A stretch of DNA of 64,000 nt from Candidatus Kerfeldbacteria bacterium. Its GTDB lineage: Bacteria; Patescibacteriota; Patescibacteriia; SBBC01. Each line of letters begins with the position of its first letter. Positions within the stretch are counted from its first letter, which is position 1. The position numbers and the translations under genes were made by a program. The notes below the pieces were generated by a model. That model did no database searches and was not told where the DNA came from. It saw only the letters and a list, made by a program, of their open reading frames with translations. Where the stretch lies: contig JAZDNT010000002.1 in the NCBI GenBank assembly GCA_043799405.1, positions 171,320 through 235,319 on the forward strand, written 5' to 3'. Shown in pieces: positions 1-8,997 of this stretch.

Positions 1-789
1 CTGGGCTTTGGAAATGCGCCCGGAGTAGATCTTGCCGATGCCCATCTTTCCCTTGTATGAGTCGTAGGCGAGCGCAAGCACGAGCATTTGCAGCGGTTCC
101 TCTTTCCTTACTTCCGGTCCTGGGATCTTGTCGAGGATCATCTTCATGAGTGGTGTAAGGTTTTTACCTGGCGTGTTGTGGTCGAGCGCCGCGGTACCGG
201 CGACTGCGTTCGTATAGACGGTCGCAAAATCGAGCTGTTTATGGGTCGCGTTCAGGTGCGAGAACAGGTCGAACGTTTTGTTAACCGCGTTATCTGGATC
301 CGCATCCGGTCTGTCGATCTTGTTCACGACAACAATGGCGGGAAGGCCGAGTTCGAGCGCCTTTCGCAATACGAATTTTGTTTGCGGCATGGGCCCTTCT
401 TTTGCATCGACAAGAAGGAGCACACCGTCTGCCATACGAAGCGTACGCTCGACCTCGCCGCCGAAGTCGGCGTGCCCCGGCGTGTCGATGATGTTGATCT
501 TCACACCGGAGTAAGAGACGCTCGCGTTCTTCGCCTTGATCGTGATGCCGCGTTCGCGTTCGAGGTCCATGGAATCCATGATGCGCTCACCCATCTGGTT
601 GAGGTTGCGCTCGGCCTGCGTCTCACGCAGCATCGCATCGACGAGCGTTGTCTTGCCGTGGTCGACGTGCGCGATGATTGCAATATTTCGGATGTCGTTG
701 CGGCGTTGCATGTGGAGATGCTTCACTTCGTTCAGCATGACAACCGCTTCGCGATTGTCAAAATGCGCCAACGGCGCACTAGCAACCAT
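1..789 (-). CDS. typA: Translational GTPase TypA/BipA, N-terminal part (gene runs off the window start)
   Basis: Not in the ORF track because it is open at the window edge. Reverse translation from ATG 789 (alt. ATG 711) reads [28 protein letters not shown]...[14 protein letters not shown]...[16 protein letters not shown]...VVVNKIDRP, giving the G1-G4 GTPase motifs with a TypA-type N-terminus. The 88..825 + ORF is its antisense shadow. Confidence 0.9.
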   Translation of the reverse strand, partial: MVASAPLAHFDNREAVVMLNEVKHLHMQRRNDIRNIAIIAHVDHGKTTLVDAMLRETQAERNLNQMGERIMDSMDLERERGITIKAKNASVSYSGVKINIIDTPGHADFGGEVERTLRMADGVLLLVDAKEGPMPQTKFVLRKALELGLPAIVVVNKIDRPDADPDNAVNKTFDLFSHLNATHKQLDFATVYTNAVAGTAALDHNTPGKNLTPLMKMILDKIPGPEVRKEEPLQMLVLALAYDSYKGKMGIGKIYSGRISKAQ

Positions 790-935
790 AGCGCGTTTTG
801 GCCCATACGTCAATCCTGCAGTTGACAAAAAAGTTAGCAGGAGTTATGGTGCAACGTCGTTGAAGCGCTGTTGCTAATGTCCACTGGGCAGCGTCGACTA
901 CGCTGCTCGTTACATCATCAGGGAGGATCCACGTC

Positions 936-1334
936 ATGTCCAGAAGGCCGTCGCGTCCTGTCGTGTTGGCGCTGTTCAGGAATCCGGAGCCCCGCGTTCC
1001 TGCCATGATGGCGCTCGTGTCCGAGCATGGATTCGGTTCTATCGTCACGGTGGACGAGGTCGAGTTCATGAATCGTCTCGGACAGTCTCCGGGACCAGAC
1101 GTCGTGCTCCTCGAGCACGCTGACCATCCGGTATGCAGCGCACTGAAGGCGCGTCCCGACACGGCGCACATCCCTGTCGTCCTGATCGACGATGAACCAA
1201 CCGTGCAAGCGGTGCACTCCTTCAAGGTGGGTGCGTCCGCGGTCTGCTGTCGACCGGATGATCCCGAGACGCTCGCGCGGATGCTCACGGTCGCCATGCG
1301 GTCCAGGGGCAAAGTCGCCCTCGCAGGGAGGTGA
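936..1334 (+). CDS. CheY-like receiver (REC) domain protein with degenerate phospho-acceptor pocket (pseudo-receiver)
   Basis: The beta/alpha periodicity resembles REC: PVVLALF..PDVVLLEHAD..IPVVLIDDEP..GASAVCCRPDDPETL. The canonical DD is replaced by RN, the acceptor D by E, and the conserved K by R. RBS AGGGAGGA lies 8 nt upstream of the ATG. The gene is high in GC. Confidence 0.55.
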   Translation: MSRRPSRPVVLALFRNPEPRVPAMMALVSEHGFGSIVTVDEVEFMNRLGQSPGPDVVLLEHADHPVCSALKARPDTAHIPVVLIDDEPTVQAVHSFKVGASAVCCRPDDPETLARMLTVAMRSRGKVALAGR

Positions 1335-1336
1335 AC

Positions 1337-1525
1337 ATGTTCGAACGCCAGAAAGAAGGCGGGCTCGTCATGCTGCTCGGACTCGCGTTCACGCTCTGGT
1401 GCCTTTGGAGCCTTGCGAAGAACGCCATGATGCGGCGCGAATCCGAAGTCTGCGCTGACGACTTTTGGTCGTCGATCCGCATGGCAGGGTACGGATTCGG
1501 GCACATCTTCGTTCCGATGTTCTAG
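1337..1525 (+). CDS. Small hydrophobic/membrane protein (62 aa)
   Basis: The ATG is preceded by AGGGAGGTG and overlaps the upstream stop. It has one clear TM segment (GLVMLLGLAFTLWCLWSL). The track ORF 1331..1525 starts at an in-frame GTG. Confidence 0.5.
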   Translation: MFERQKEGGLVMLLGLAFTLWCLWSLAKNAMMRRESEVCADDFWSSIRMAGYGFGHIFVPMF

Positions 1526-1569
1526 ACCCGTTCGGGGCGCGGCCGGACTCCGCGCACAGGGAGGTGTCT

Positions 1570-1938
1570 ATGCTGCACATTGCAGCACCGACAAGCCGGT
1601 CACTGGATGTACAGCTGAGGCGTTTGGGCATTTCCGGTGATCTCGGCAAGGTCGTTCCGCGCCAGATCGTGATCACGCAGGTCCCCGGCGTTATCGAGGA
1701 GATCGGCGACGCGCTTCCGGGCGTGATCGCCGGAACCGTCATGGGATTCGTGTTCGTCCCGTCCGCCGGTACCATCCGGTTCGCCATCACCGGCGCAATG
1801 GGCTTCAACGCGAAGCCCATCAAGTACGCCGAACACGATGAGCGGAACGGCAACGGACGATGGACCGTCGTGTACCACGATCCGAACGTTCTGTCCTTCA
1901 AGGCGAATGTCTCGTTCGGTCCGACCATCGGCTTCTAG
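1570..1938 (+). CDS. Hypothetical protein (122 aa) with central hydrophobic stretch
   Basis: Internal ATG of track ORF 1465..1938, preceded by the same AGGGAGGTG RBS. It carries the hydrophobic segment ALPGVIAGTVMGFVFVPSAG. I recognise no family. Confidence 0.5.
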   Translation: MLHIAAPTSRSLDVQLRRLGISGDLGKVVPRQIVITQVPGVIEEIGDALPGVIAGTVMGFVFVPSAGTIRFAITGAMGFNAKPIKYAEHDERNGNGRWTVVYHDPNVLSFKANVSFGPTIGF

Positions 1939-1957
1939 GGAGCCCGTGGAACAGACC

Positions 1958-3253
1958 ATGCGCCCGCTTTTCCAGAGAGGAAAGCGGGCGCTCGTACTAT
2001 TCACGTACGTTCGTTTTGCGAGTAGAAAAAATCCCATGGACATTTCATTGCGCGCGTCGTATGCTTTGTGCAGAAGTATGGCGCGCCAGAAAGAAACGTT
2101 CGAACTTGCGACAAAGATATCATTTTCCAACCGGGTGCGCCTGTGGTCGTTTTCGAGTGAGCTTGATGCCGCGTTCACGCGTCTTTATGAGACCTGCAAA
2201 CGGGAACGTTGGCTCATCGAAAATTTTAACAGGCCGCTTCCTGACGACATGGTCGACGCGCTTGGCACGTTTTTCGGTGAACTGCAACGCGGCGCCAGTG
2301 ATGCCGCTCCGGAGAAGCTAGAACATCTTTTCGAGAACTTCACCCCCCTCTGGCTCTGGTCGCAGAAACGCAACAGAAATTTGTGGTCCGCGGTCTTGAC
2401 CGCGGTTACCGAGTGGGAACGACGGAGTAAATTTGTCCTCTATAAGGCACCGCTCTTTTATCACTGGGGCGAATCGCACATACGCTACGGCGACAGCGAC
2501 CGCGGTTTCATCCTGCTCCACCGCGCGCAGGAAGAGGACCAGCGACGTCTCGGGCGCCGAACCATCGATACGCCTGCGCACTGGTTTCTGACGCTCGACG
2601 ATCGTCCCGCGTCCGATCTCCAGCCGCTCACGTTCGACACGGTGACCTACGTACGGACACGGCTCGTCATGTATCAGGACACGAGGAGAGGACTGCTATC
2701 CTACGAAGAGTTCCGGGCGAAGTTCCTCGATGCGGACGATCCCGCTCTCGATGATATCAGGCTGTTCTTTTCATACACGGCGTTCAAGCTCATCAAGCTG
2801 CGCCTCCTTCACAAGCACCGCGACATTGCGGACGACCAGATGGCTCCGCTCATCTTCACCTCGGTGCTCGGAAACCTGCTCCTCGTCGTTGATAGGATCT
2901 TCAAGATGAGCCTCTACGGGCGAGAACCTAAAATGAACGCTTCGTTCTTGAACCACCTCATTGTGCTTAAAAAACTGTCGTGGAAGCAGGGGGAGCGGTA
3001 CCGCAATGCGATCAGCAACTCGCGCCTCTTTGATGATAATTTCAATACAGTGCTCGACGCGCTTCTCAACGGGACGTACCGCGATAAAAACGGGCGTACC
3101 CCTGAACTGCTCGAACGGGACGTGCTGATTGCGTACCGGCTCCGTAACTACTCTGCGCATTCGGTAAAGAGCCAGTACGACCTCTGGAAGCGTTTTCCTG
3201 AGGTAAGTCAGGCAGTATTCAATGCTTTGTTCCTCGGTGTAGAGAAGAAATAA
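1958..3253 (+). CDS. Hypothetical protein with C-terminal RNxxAH (Rx4H HEPN / Abi_2-like) motif
   Basis: In-frame ATG of track ORF 1838..3253, 19 nt after the upstream stop. The C-terminus reads LIAYRLRNYSAHSVKSQYDLW, resembling the R-N-x-x-A-H motif of AbiD/AbiF-type HEPN proteins. It is followed by a canonical terminator. The start codon is uncertain. Confidence 0.6.
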   Translation: MRPLFQRGKRALVLFTYVRFASRKNPMDISLRASYALCRSMARQKETFELATKISFSNRVRLWSFSSELDAAFTRLYETCKRERWLIENFNRPLPDDMVDALGTFFGELQRGASDAAPEKLEHLFENFTPLWLWSQKRNRNLWSAVLTAVTEWERRSKFVLYKAPLFYHWGESHIRYGDSDRGFILLHRAQEEDQRRLGRRTIDTPAHWFLTLDDRPASDLQPLTFDTVTYVRTRLVMYQDTRRGLLSYEEFRAKFLDADDPALDDIRLFFSYTAFKLIKLRLLHKHRDIADDQMAPLIFTSVLGNLLLVVDRIFKMSLYGREPKMNASFLNHLIVLKKLSWKQGERYRNAISNSRLFDDNFNTVLDALLNGTYRDKNGRTPELLERDVLIAYRLRNYSAHSVKSQYDLWKRFPEVSQAVFNALFLGVEKK

Positions 3254-3285
3254 AGACGTTGCAGAATAAGGATTGACAGCTTCGT

Positions 3286-3315
3286 CAGCCGGTGCTAGAG
3301 TCACCGGCTGTTTTT
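3286..3315 (+). terminator. Rho-independent terminator of the REC-to-HEPN operon
   Basis: CAGCCGGTG-ctagagt-CACCGGCTG followed by TTTTT. Confidence 0.85.
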
Positions 3316-3403
3316 GTAGTGTGGGCGGACGAACGGCACGTACCTTATTGTCAATTCGACAACGGAACTTCGACACGGACACGACGGTACGGAGGGTACC
3401 GAG

Positions 3404-3658
3404 ATGGAAACCGGCACAAGAATTACGCTCTGGGCAATGATGGGCTGTCAGATGGCAGCCTGGGCCTGGATGCAGTCCCGGGGCGGGAAGCTCGGTGACT
3501 GGCAGTATCTGATTTTCTGCGCGTTGTTCCTCATCGGCCAGACCGGCGCTGCGATTGAGTGCTGGGAGGGGAAGGCCTGGGGAACAATGGTGGTGCAGAT
3601 CTACTTCTTCATCTTCACGTTCGTCGGCGCGATTGTACGCTGGCGGCAGATGCGATGA
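3404..3658 (+). CDS. Small integral membrane protein (84 aa, about 3 TM)
   Basis: GGAGGG RBS 8 nt upstream. The sequence is rich in W and aromatic hydrophobic segments (LWAMMGCQMAAWAW, YLIFCALFLIGQ, VVQIYFFIFTFVGAIV). Confidence 0.55.
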   Translation: METGTRITLWAMMGCQMAAWAWMQSRGGKLGDWQYLIFCALFLIGQTGAAIECWEGKAWGTMVVQIYFFIFTFVGAIVRWRQMR

Positions 3659-3681
3659 CGAAGGTCCGTTGAGGGTTCAAA

Positions 3682-3713
3682 GAAGGCCGCATGGTTTTTC
3701 CAGAGCGGCCTTC
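3682..3713 (+). terminator. Terminator-like hairpin (no U-tract)
   Basis: GAAGGCCGC-14 nt-GCGGCCTTC located 24 nt after the stop at 3658. Confidence 0.45.
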
Positions 3714-3845
3714 GTCATTGGTTATAGAAGATACTACGCTGCGCCTTCCTCGGAGTAGAGAAGAAATAATTGCGAATGGTTGCTATACAAAAAAGGAAAA
3801 GAATGCTACAATCACTAAGTATGTAAGATAATTTACGAAAAACAT

Positions 3846-5360
3846 ATGGCAAATAGTTCAATGAATCCTCGCATCGATAGCTCCGTAAAGACCGAAAGTA
3901 AAACTGGTACGTTAACCCGCGTCATCACATTTATCGCATTGGGCGTCAGCGCGGTAGCGATCGTCGCTGCGATTTTTGTAGTGAAGGGTCCGTCAGGATC
4001 GAGCGGTAAAACAACATCGCCGTCAGCTGACCCGCTGAAGGTGATGCAGGTATTTTCTTGGCGTTTGGTCTATGAAAATGGAGCTTCGTTCATCCCGCTC
4101 GATTTTTACGGAGGGAACACAAAGCTTGCGTGGCAGTATTTCGATGGAACGAACGTCCAGTGGCAGATGGGAAGCGGAGCTTCACTCCTGCCTACCCCGG
4201 CAGCGCTGAAGATCGTCACCCCATCAGCAACACCCGGTTTCGGTAACCTGCTGCTCCATCTTGAATATTTTGACGTAACCGATCCTACCGTGAACCTCAA
4301 TGCGCCCGGAGTGAACAAGTATCTTACTGTCTGTATCGGCGCTACGAACGCTACGACCGTGTATGTAGGTACTGACGGATCAACGTACCTCACGAAGACG
4401 GGCAACAAGCTCTATGACCGGATAACGACCAAGTCGTGCCCGGACATCATAGCGCAATCGCTCGATATGCTATCGATATCTGAGGTATCGACGACGATCA
4501 TGCAGTTCCCGGATAATGCAGCCGTTAGATTCTCAAACCTTAAAAGTATTCAGGGACTCGTCAGAGCTGTAAACGGCTTTCAACAAGGATGGGGATCGTC
4601 ACCGCAGGATCCTTGGTTTTTCCCGCAACCCTATTCTCCCCATGATCCGCTCATGCTTGAGGCTGCAAATGATTACCGAAAAATCGGGACATTCACGGTA
4701 CCTGCAGCGATGTATGGCATTACGGGTAAGGACATTAACGGCGCCGACCTCACGGTCACCGCGTGCGTTCCAGACCTAAAATTCACCGGAAGCTATAATC
4801 TCGGAACCGGGCCGTTTGCGCCGCGCGTCTTCCTCCGGAATGACGGACAGCCATTCTATGATCCGTTGCTGATAAAACCCGCTATATCGGCGAGCTGCGC
4901 AACAGCAAAAGCGAACAGCCTCAAGTTCTCCTCGATCACATCGATTGATTCGACAGTATTCGCTAGCGGGCAGTTTCCGTCGAATGCGACGATGCGGTTC
5001 GCGAATGCGGGCTTCCTGAACGCTGCGATCATACCTCCGGGCGGATACAGTGCAGGCGTTCCTGCCGTGGTCACGCCGTATGACGATCCTCTTATGGTAT
5101 TTGCGCAGAACGGCATGAGAACGCCAGGACTATTCACAATTCCTGTTGGAACCGTCATCATCGTCGGTAAGGACGCGGCAGGAGCCGCGAAGACCGTAAG
5201 CGCGTGCATACCGGAGCTGAGGTATACGACGAGTGCAACCGCTATGCTGCCGCCGTATCCGCACGTATACATCAGCAAGGACGGAAAACCCTATTCTGAT
5301 GTGTTCCTAACTACGGCGGTACCGTGTAGCGTTAGTGGAAAACAGAAGATTTCAGATTAG
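3846..5360 (+). CDS. Membrane-anchored extracellular protein with internal tandem duplication
   Basis: N-terminal TM anchor (ITFIALGVSAVAIVAAIFVV). Two units of about 145 aa (nt ~4431-4886 and ~4890-5327) align: HDPLMLEAANDYRKIGTFTVPAAMYGITGKDINGADLTVTACVPDLKFT versus DDPLMVFAQNGMRTPGLFTIPVGTVIIVGKDAAGAAKTVSACIPELRYT. The upstream region is AT-rich and lacks an SD. Confidence 0.7.
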   Translation: MANSSMNPRIDSSVKTESKTGTLTRVITFIALGVSAVAIVAAIFVVKGPSGSSGKTTSPSADPLKVMQVFSWRLVYENGASFIPLDFYGGNTKLAWQYFDGTNVQWQMGSGASLLPTPAALKIVTPSATPGFGNLLLHLEYFDVTDPTVNLNAPGVNKYLTVCIGATNATTVYVGTDGSTYLTKTGNKLYDRITTKSCPDIIAQSLDMLSISEVSTTIMQFPDNAAVRFSNLKSIQGLVRAVNGFQQGWGSSPQDPWFFPQPYSPHDPLMLEAANDYRKIGTFTVPAAMYGITGKDINGADLTVTACVPDLKFTGSYNLGTGPFAPRVFLRNDGQPFYDPLLIKPAISASCATAKANSLKFSSITSIDSTVFASGQFPSNATMRFANAGFLNAAIIPPGGYSAGVPAVVTPYDDPLMVFAQNGMRTPGLFTIPVGTVIIVGKDAAGAAKTVSACIPELRYTTSATAMLPPYPHVYISKDGKPYSDVFLTTAVPCSVSGKQKISD

Positions 5361-5378
5361 TGAATTGTATCCAACAAG

Positions 5379-5406
5379 AAAAGACCGGCAACCGCCGGTC
5401 TTTTTT
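5379..5406. terminator. Bidirectional rho-independent terminator
   Basis: AAAA-GACCGGC-aacc-GCCGGTC-TTTTTT between convergent genes. Confidence 0.85.
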
Positions 5407-5501
5407 GTCTCATAGCTTCGGTTATACGGAATGACCTATCGTCATTGGTTATAAAGGCTACTGTGTTGCGTTTTCGTCGTTCTGTTCTGCAAATTGTATA
5501 C

Positions 5502-5921
5502 TCATTTTCCGCCATAGGCGGATCCGCCGAACTTATTGGAAGAAAACAGCTCCTTCACTTTGGATCGGTTGAGAAAAATAACAGCATAAAGACTCAGTAA
5601 TGCTAATGGGGACATGAATACCAATCCAACCATATCTTGTCCTGTTGTATCGCCAGAGAAAGGATATGAAACCAAGGATACGCTAAAGAGTGTGAGGGAT
5701 ATCAGAGAAACAACAATAATGGCTTTACGGAAAATCTTTTTTAGGAAAAACAACCCAATGCTAGAAATAAATGCTAATGCAAAGAAAATAATATAGGTCA
5801 CTACTTCCAGATTTATAATGTTACTAGTTTCAAATAAAAGAAAGTTTCCATATCCAAGGCATAGTAAAACAGCGATAATTCTATTGGTCTTGATTAATCG
5901 ACTTGGATCGTCTTTCTCCAT
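5502..5921 (-). CDS. Integral membrane protein (4 TM), strongly AT-rich gene
   Basis: 139-aa ORF with four hydrophobic segments and a GAGAGG RBS. Its composition is visibly much lower in GC than its neighbours. Confidence 0.6.
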   Translation of the reverse strand: MEKDDPSRLIKTNRIIAVLLCLGYGNFLLFETSNIINLEVVTYIIFFALAFISSIGLFFLKKIFRKAIIVVSLISLTLFSVSLVSYPFSGDTTGQDMVGLVFMSPLALLSLYAVIFLNRSKVKELFSSNKFGGSAYGGK

Positions 5922-6068
5922 CGTGTGCCTCTCAGCTATAGTCCTTATCTCTCTTAATCGACCACGGTAACCACAGCTACATCACATTTCCGCTCGACCA
6001 AATGACTGCAGCGATCATAGTGAGCCCTTCGGGTGTGCGGCAGGTTCGGCCACGTCCTTCGCGGGCCC

Positions 6069-6359
6069 CTAGGTTTTTGTGTCGTCGGGTTCGGTTGCGT
6101 CGTTCTCGTCTTTGACGTTTACGCGCCCGCTCTCGTCGGTCTTGCTGATGAGGGCTTCTGCCTGCGGCCACATTGACTGGAGTGACTCGACGTAGTTCTT
6201 GATGTTCGAGTCGGGGTCGAGCTCGCCGTCCGCAACCTTTTCCTCGAGGACTTCGTCGATGAAGTTCACGTAGGCGTCGTGATCGTACGCGCCCTCGTTT
6301 TCCATACGGTTCACGATCTCCCTGAACACCTCGTTAAGGTCGAATTCGATGTTTTCCAT
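6069..6359 (-). CDS. Small acidic hypothetical protein
   Basis: 96-aa ORF, very D/E-rich, with no recognisable motif. Confidence 0.45.
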   Translation of the reverse strand: MENIEFDLNEVFREIVNRMENEGAYDHDAYVNFIDEVLEEKVADGELDPDSNIKNYVESLQSMWPQAEALISKTDESGRVNVKDENDATEPDDTKT

Positions 6360-6400
6360 ACATCAGTCAGTATACGCGACAGCAATAATTTCTGCAAAAG

Positions 6401-6982
6401 CTACGTACCGAGCGGTTCGATCGACACTTTCGTCATGACCTCGCCAGCGCGGATCTCCTGCGCAACGTCCATGCCCTTCGTCACCTTGCCGAAGATGGTG
6501 TAGCTTTTTGGGAGATCGTGGCGGTCTTCCAGCATGATGAAGAACTGGCTGCCGTTCGTGTTTGGGCCCGCGTTCGCCATAGCGACGATGCCGGCGTCGT
6601 ACTCGCGCACAACCTTCTCATCGTTGAACGAGTATCCCGGCCCGCCGGTTCCGTTCCCATCGGGATCACCGCCCTGAATGACGAACTCCGGCTCGTATCG
6701 ATGGAATGTCAATCCATTGAAGAACGCTTTCTGCGTAAGGGTAATGAAGCTGCTGACAGCGATCGGCGCTTCCGTACCGAAGAGCTCGAACACAATGGTG
6801 CCTTTCCCGGTCTCGATCCGAACCTGCTTACCAGTCCTGTCCACAGCCGGAAGGATTGATACTGCGCCTGGTGGATTGCTGATCGGGGTCGTATTTGTCG
6901 TGTTCATGGTCGTGTTCTTGTTAGAGCATGCAGCTCCGACGAGCAGCACTGCTGGTAGTATGCAAAAGAGGAACTTTTTCAT
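6401..6982 (-). CDS. Cyclophilin-type peptidyl-prolyl cis-trans isomerase, lipoprotein
   Basis: Motifs FHRYEPEFVIQGGDP, GTGGPGYSFNDE and MANAGPNTNGSQFFI. The signal peptide ends in a lipobox-like LVGAAC. Confidence 0.9.
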   Translation of the reverse strand: MKKFLFCILPAVLLVGAACSNKNTTMNTTNTTPISNPPGAVSILPAVDRTGKQVRIETGKGTIVFELFGTEAPIAVSSFITLTQKAFFNGLTFHRYEPEFVIQGGDPDGNGTGGPGYSFNDEKVVREYDAGIVAMANAGPNTNGSQFFIMLEDRHDLPKSYTIFGKVTKGMDVAQEIRAGEVMTKVSIEPLGT

Positions 6983-7002
6983 GGTGTGTGATTCGATACT
7001 AA

Positions 7003-7209
7003 TTATTCTCTCGGAGACGCTTCGTCAATTTTTTCCCAGAGTTCTAAGCCCTCGATGTAGTCGTCGTGCCCGCCCTTTGTGCCTGCCATGCAGGAAAGGC
7101 ACTCGGTAAAATAGTCACCCTTCTTCAAGTGGTGGCGGTATCCGCAGGGGACGCAGATGTACGAACCCTCTTCTTCGACGACTTCGCCCTTGTTGAACGT
7201 TTGTTTCAT
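7003..7209 (-). CDS. Small zinc-ribbon protein
   Basis: 68 aa with CVPCG...CLSC (two CxxC pairs). Confidence 0.5.
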   Translation of the reverse strand: MKQTFNKGEVVEEEGSYICVPCGYRHHLKKGDYFTECLSCMAGTKGGHDDYIEGLELWEKIDEASPRE

Positions 7210-7250
7210 ACGTCTCTAGTGTATCGTGGTGTTCGCTACTTCGCAACGCG

Positions 7251-7634
7251 TCAGTGCTTTCTTGGGTACCGCCGCGCCTGTGCTTTTCTGACCGCATGTT
7301 CGGAAAGGCCGAAGTGGTGCCCGATCTCGTGCCATACCGTCTTTCGTACCTCTTCACTGATCGCTTCGGGCGTTCGTGCAACTACCTCGATCGAGCGTTG
7401 GAAGATCGTTATCTTGTCCGGGAGGATCGGCGTCTGTCCGTAGCGGCCGGTCTTCGGGACGCCTTCGTACAGGCCGAGGAGGAGGGATCCTGCGTGTAAC
7501 CCGGTTTTTCGAAGCTGTTCAGGCGTCGGCTCATCCTGAACGACGATCGCGATGTTCTCAAGAAGCGCCCTGAACTTCTCCGGGATGTCTATGAGGCTTT
7601 CTCCGACGAGATGTTCGAATGTTTCTCGATCCAT
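7251..7634 (-). CDS. Metallopeptidase-family protein (minimal zincin, DUF1025-like)
   Basis: HExxH in VWHEIGHHFGLSE. The size and layout are typical of this small family. Confidence 0.75.
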   Translation of the reverse strand: MDRETFEHLVGESLIDIPEKFRALLENIAIVVQDEPTPEQLRKTGLHAGSLLLGLYEGVPKTGRYGQTPILPDKITIFQRSIEVVARTPEAISEEVRKTVWHEIGHHFGLSEHAVRKAQARRYPRKH

Positions 7635-7667
7635 GTGTATGAGTCGACTGCTAGTACAAACGGAACG

Positions 7668-8465
7668 TCAGGTTGCCGCTTTTATTCTGTCGAGATAGGC
7701 ACAGAACGGACACTCCGGAGCCGACGGCGGCAGTGGTCCTTCTAAGAGCGCAATCGCCTGCTTGATGCGCGGGAGCACGCGGCCAGGATCCGTTTTAAGG
7801 GTTTTTATTGTGATCTCCATTGGGAAGCCTTCGTGCAGCTTATTGCCATGACCCGGGAAGAAGTAGATAAGGTGACCGACGCCGGTCGTTGGACGTGCGT
7901 TCTGCTCCAGGAGGAAAGCGTACGAATCGAGCTGGAACTGGTACGCGGGAATGAGCTCCCTTGTGGCAGGATCGGATGAGGCGGTCTTATGGTCGACCGG
8001 GGTGTATTTTCCGTTGTTCACAAGGCACTCGTCGAGTTTGCCATAGTAGCCGTAGTGGCTGTCCACGTTGTACCAGTACTTTTCCTGGAACGGATACTGG
8101 AGTTTTCCCTCGACCTTGCCGGCGATCATGGGCGGTAGTTCTCCTGCGGGTCGGTAGAGATCGAAGTAGCGCTTGATCACGGCGTCGAAGCGGTTCGCGA
8201 GACGGGAGACAATTCCCTCCGGCTGCCTGATCCCTTCGTGTTTCTCAAGCCAGAAGCAGCGCGGGCAGCGGTTCATGTTTTCCATCGCGGTCGCGGAGAG
8301 CCAGAGGCGCTTATCGCCGATGTTCGCCATGGTGGTCTTGGGTTTTGACGACCGACGGGATGCTATGGCTTCGCGGAAAGTTGAAGGTTTTTCGATGTGC
8401 CTAGTCCGTTTCGCAGGCGTTGAAAAGAGAGACGGCTGGTCAGCAGGTTTTTTTCGTGGTGTCAT
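7668..8465 (-). CDS. PD-(D/E)XK nuclease, Cas4/RecB-like with terminal Cys clusters
   Basis: CPRC near the N-terminus of the domain, GKLDE...VDHKT (D..DxK), QFQLDSYAFLL (QxxxY), and a C-terminal CPFC. The N-terminal 60 aa form a basic low-complexity extension. Confidence 0.7.
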   Translation of the reverse strand: MTPRKKPADQPSLFSTPAKRTRHIEKPSTFREAIASRRSSKPKTTMANIGDKRLWLSATAMENMNRCPRCFWLEKHEGIRQPEGIVSRLANRFDAVIKRYFDLYRPAGELPPMIAGKVEGKLQYPFQEKYWYNVDSHYGYYGKLDECLVNNGKYTPVDHKTASSDPATRELIPAYQFQLDSYAFLLEQNARPTTGVGHLIYFFPGHGNKLHEGFPMEITIKTLKTDPGRVLPRIKQAIALLEGPLPPSAPECPFCAYLDRIKAAT

Positions 8466-8633
8466 GGAGATAGTTTACCGCAATAGTTAGACGCTGTCAT
8501 GGTCCTTGACGGAATATACATGGTAGGATAAGACCAAGGCGAATCCACGCCGTGTGGCATTCACTCGGAACACGGGGGAGTTCCGCGACGGCTCGTTGAG
8601 AAGTCGGACGAAACATTCTAGAGGAGGGAACCC

Positions 8634-8966
8634 ATGTTGATACTGAGGTGCACCGGTTTGGCATTGCCGCAACCGAGTCTGATACCGGTGTCACGCGAAC
8701 CGAGGGTACTCACGATCCTCGCGCTGAAGGACAATGGTGGGTGGTTCTCCGAGCATCTCGTCGACCGCGACGTAACGTTCATGGTGAGGGACGGCGAAGG
8801 GAAGACCTTCAATCTAGACGTCCATGTAACCCTACTTCATGCGGGATCCGTGGAGAAACCGTTCCATTTCGACTGCTTCGGCTTTCAGATGAGGTATGTC
8901 GGACAGTTCGCTCGAAGTCCAACGAGTGACATGGAGCCCAAAGGCACGCTTACCGAGAAGTTGTAG
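8634..8966 (+). CDS. Hypothetical protein (110 aa), high GC
   Basis: GGAGGG RBS 6 nt upstream of the ATG. I recognise no family. Confidence 0.45.
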   Translation: MLILRCTGLALPQPSLIPVSREPRVLTILALKDNGGWFSEHLVDRDVTFMVRDGEGKTFNLDVHVTLLHAGSVEKPFHFDCFGFQMRYVGQFARSPTSDMEPKGTLTEKL

Positions 8967-8997
8967 GACTGTGTCTATTGCGTCTCTGGAGGATTCA

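Noticed and set aside
88-825. 245-aa + strand ORF, and similar long ORFs at 14331..15278 (+), 18746..19879 (+), 31360..32403 (-), 20793..21509 (-) and 12790..13521 (+).
   Set aside because: Each lies antisense to, or out of frame within, a gene with clear family motifs (typA, the 530-aa gene, the histidine kinase, pnp, pepT, the pseudouridine synthase). The translations are low-complexity Arg/Pro/Val-rich and typical of GC-rich shadow ORFs, and they have no RBS.
3273-3301. A TTGACA-17-TAGAGT promoter-like match upstream of 3404..3658.
   Set aside because: It overlaps the stem-loop of the strong terminator at 3286-3315. Both cannot be asserted, and the terminator reading is better supported (9-bp GC stem plus T5).
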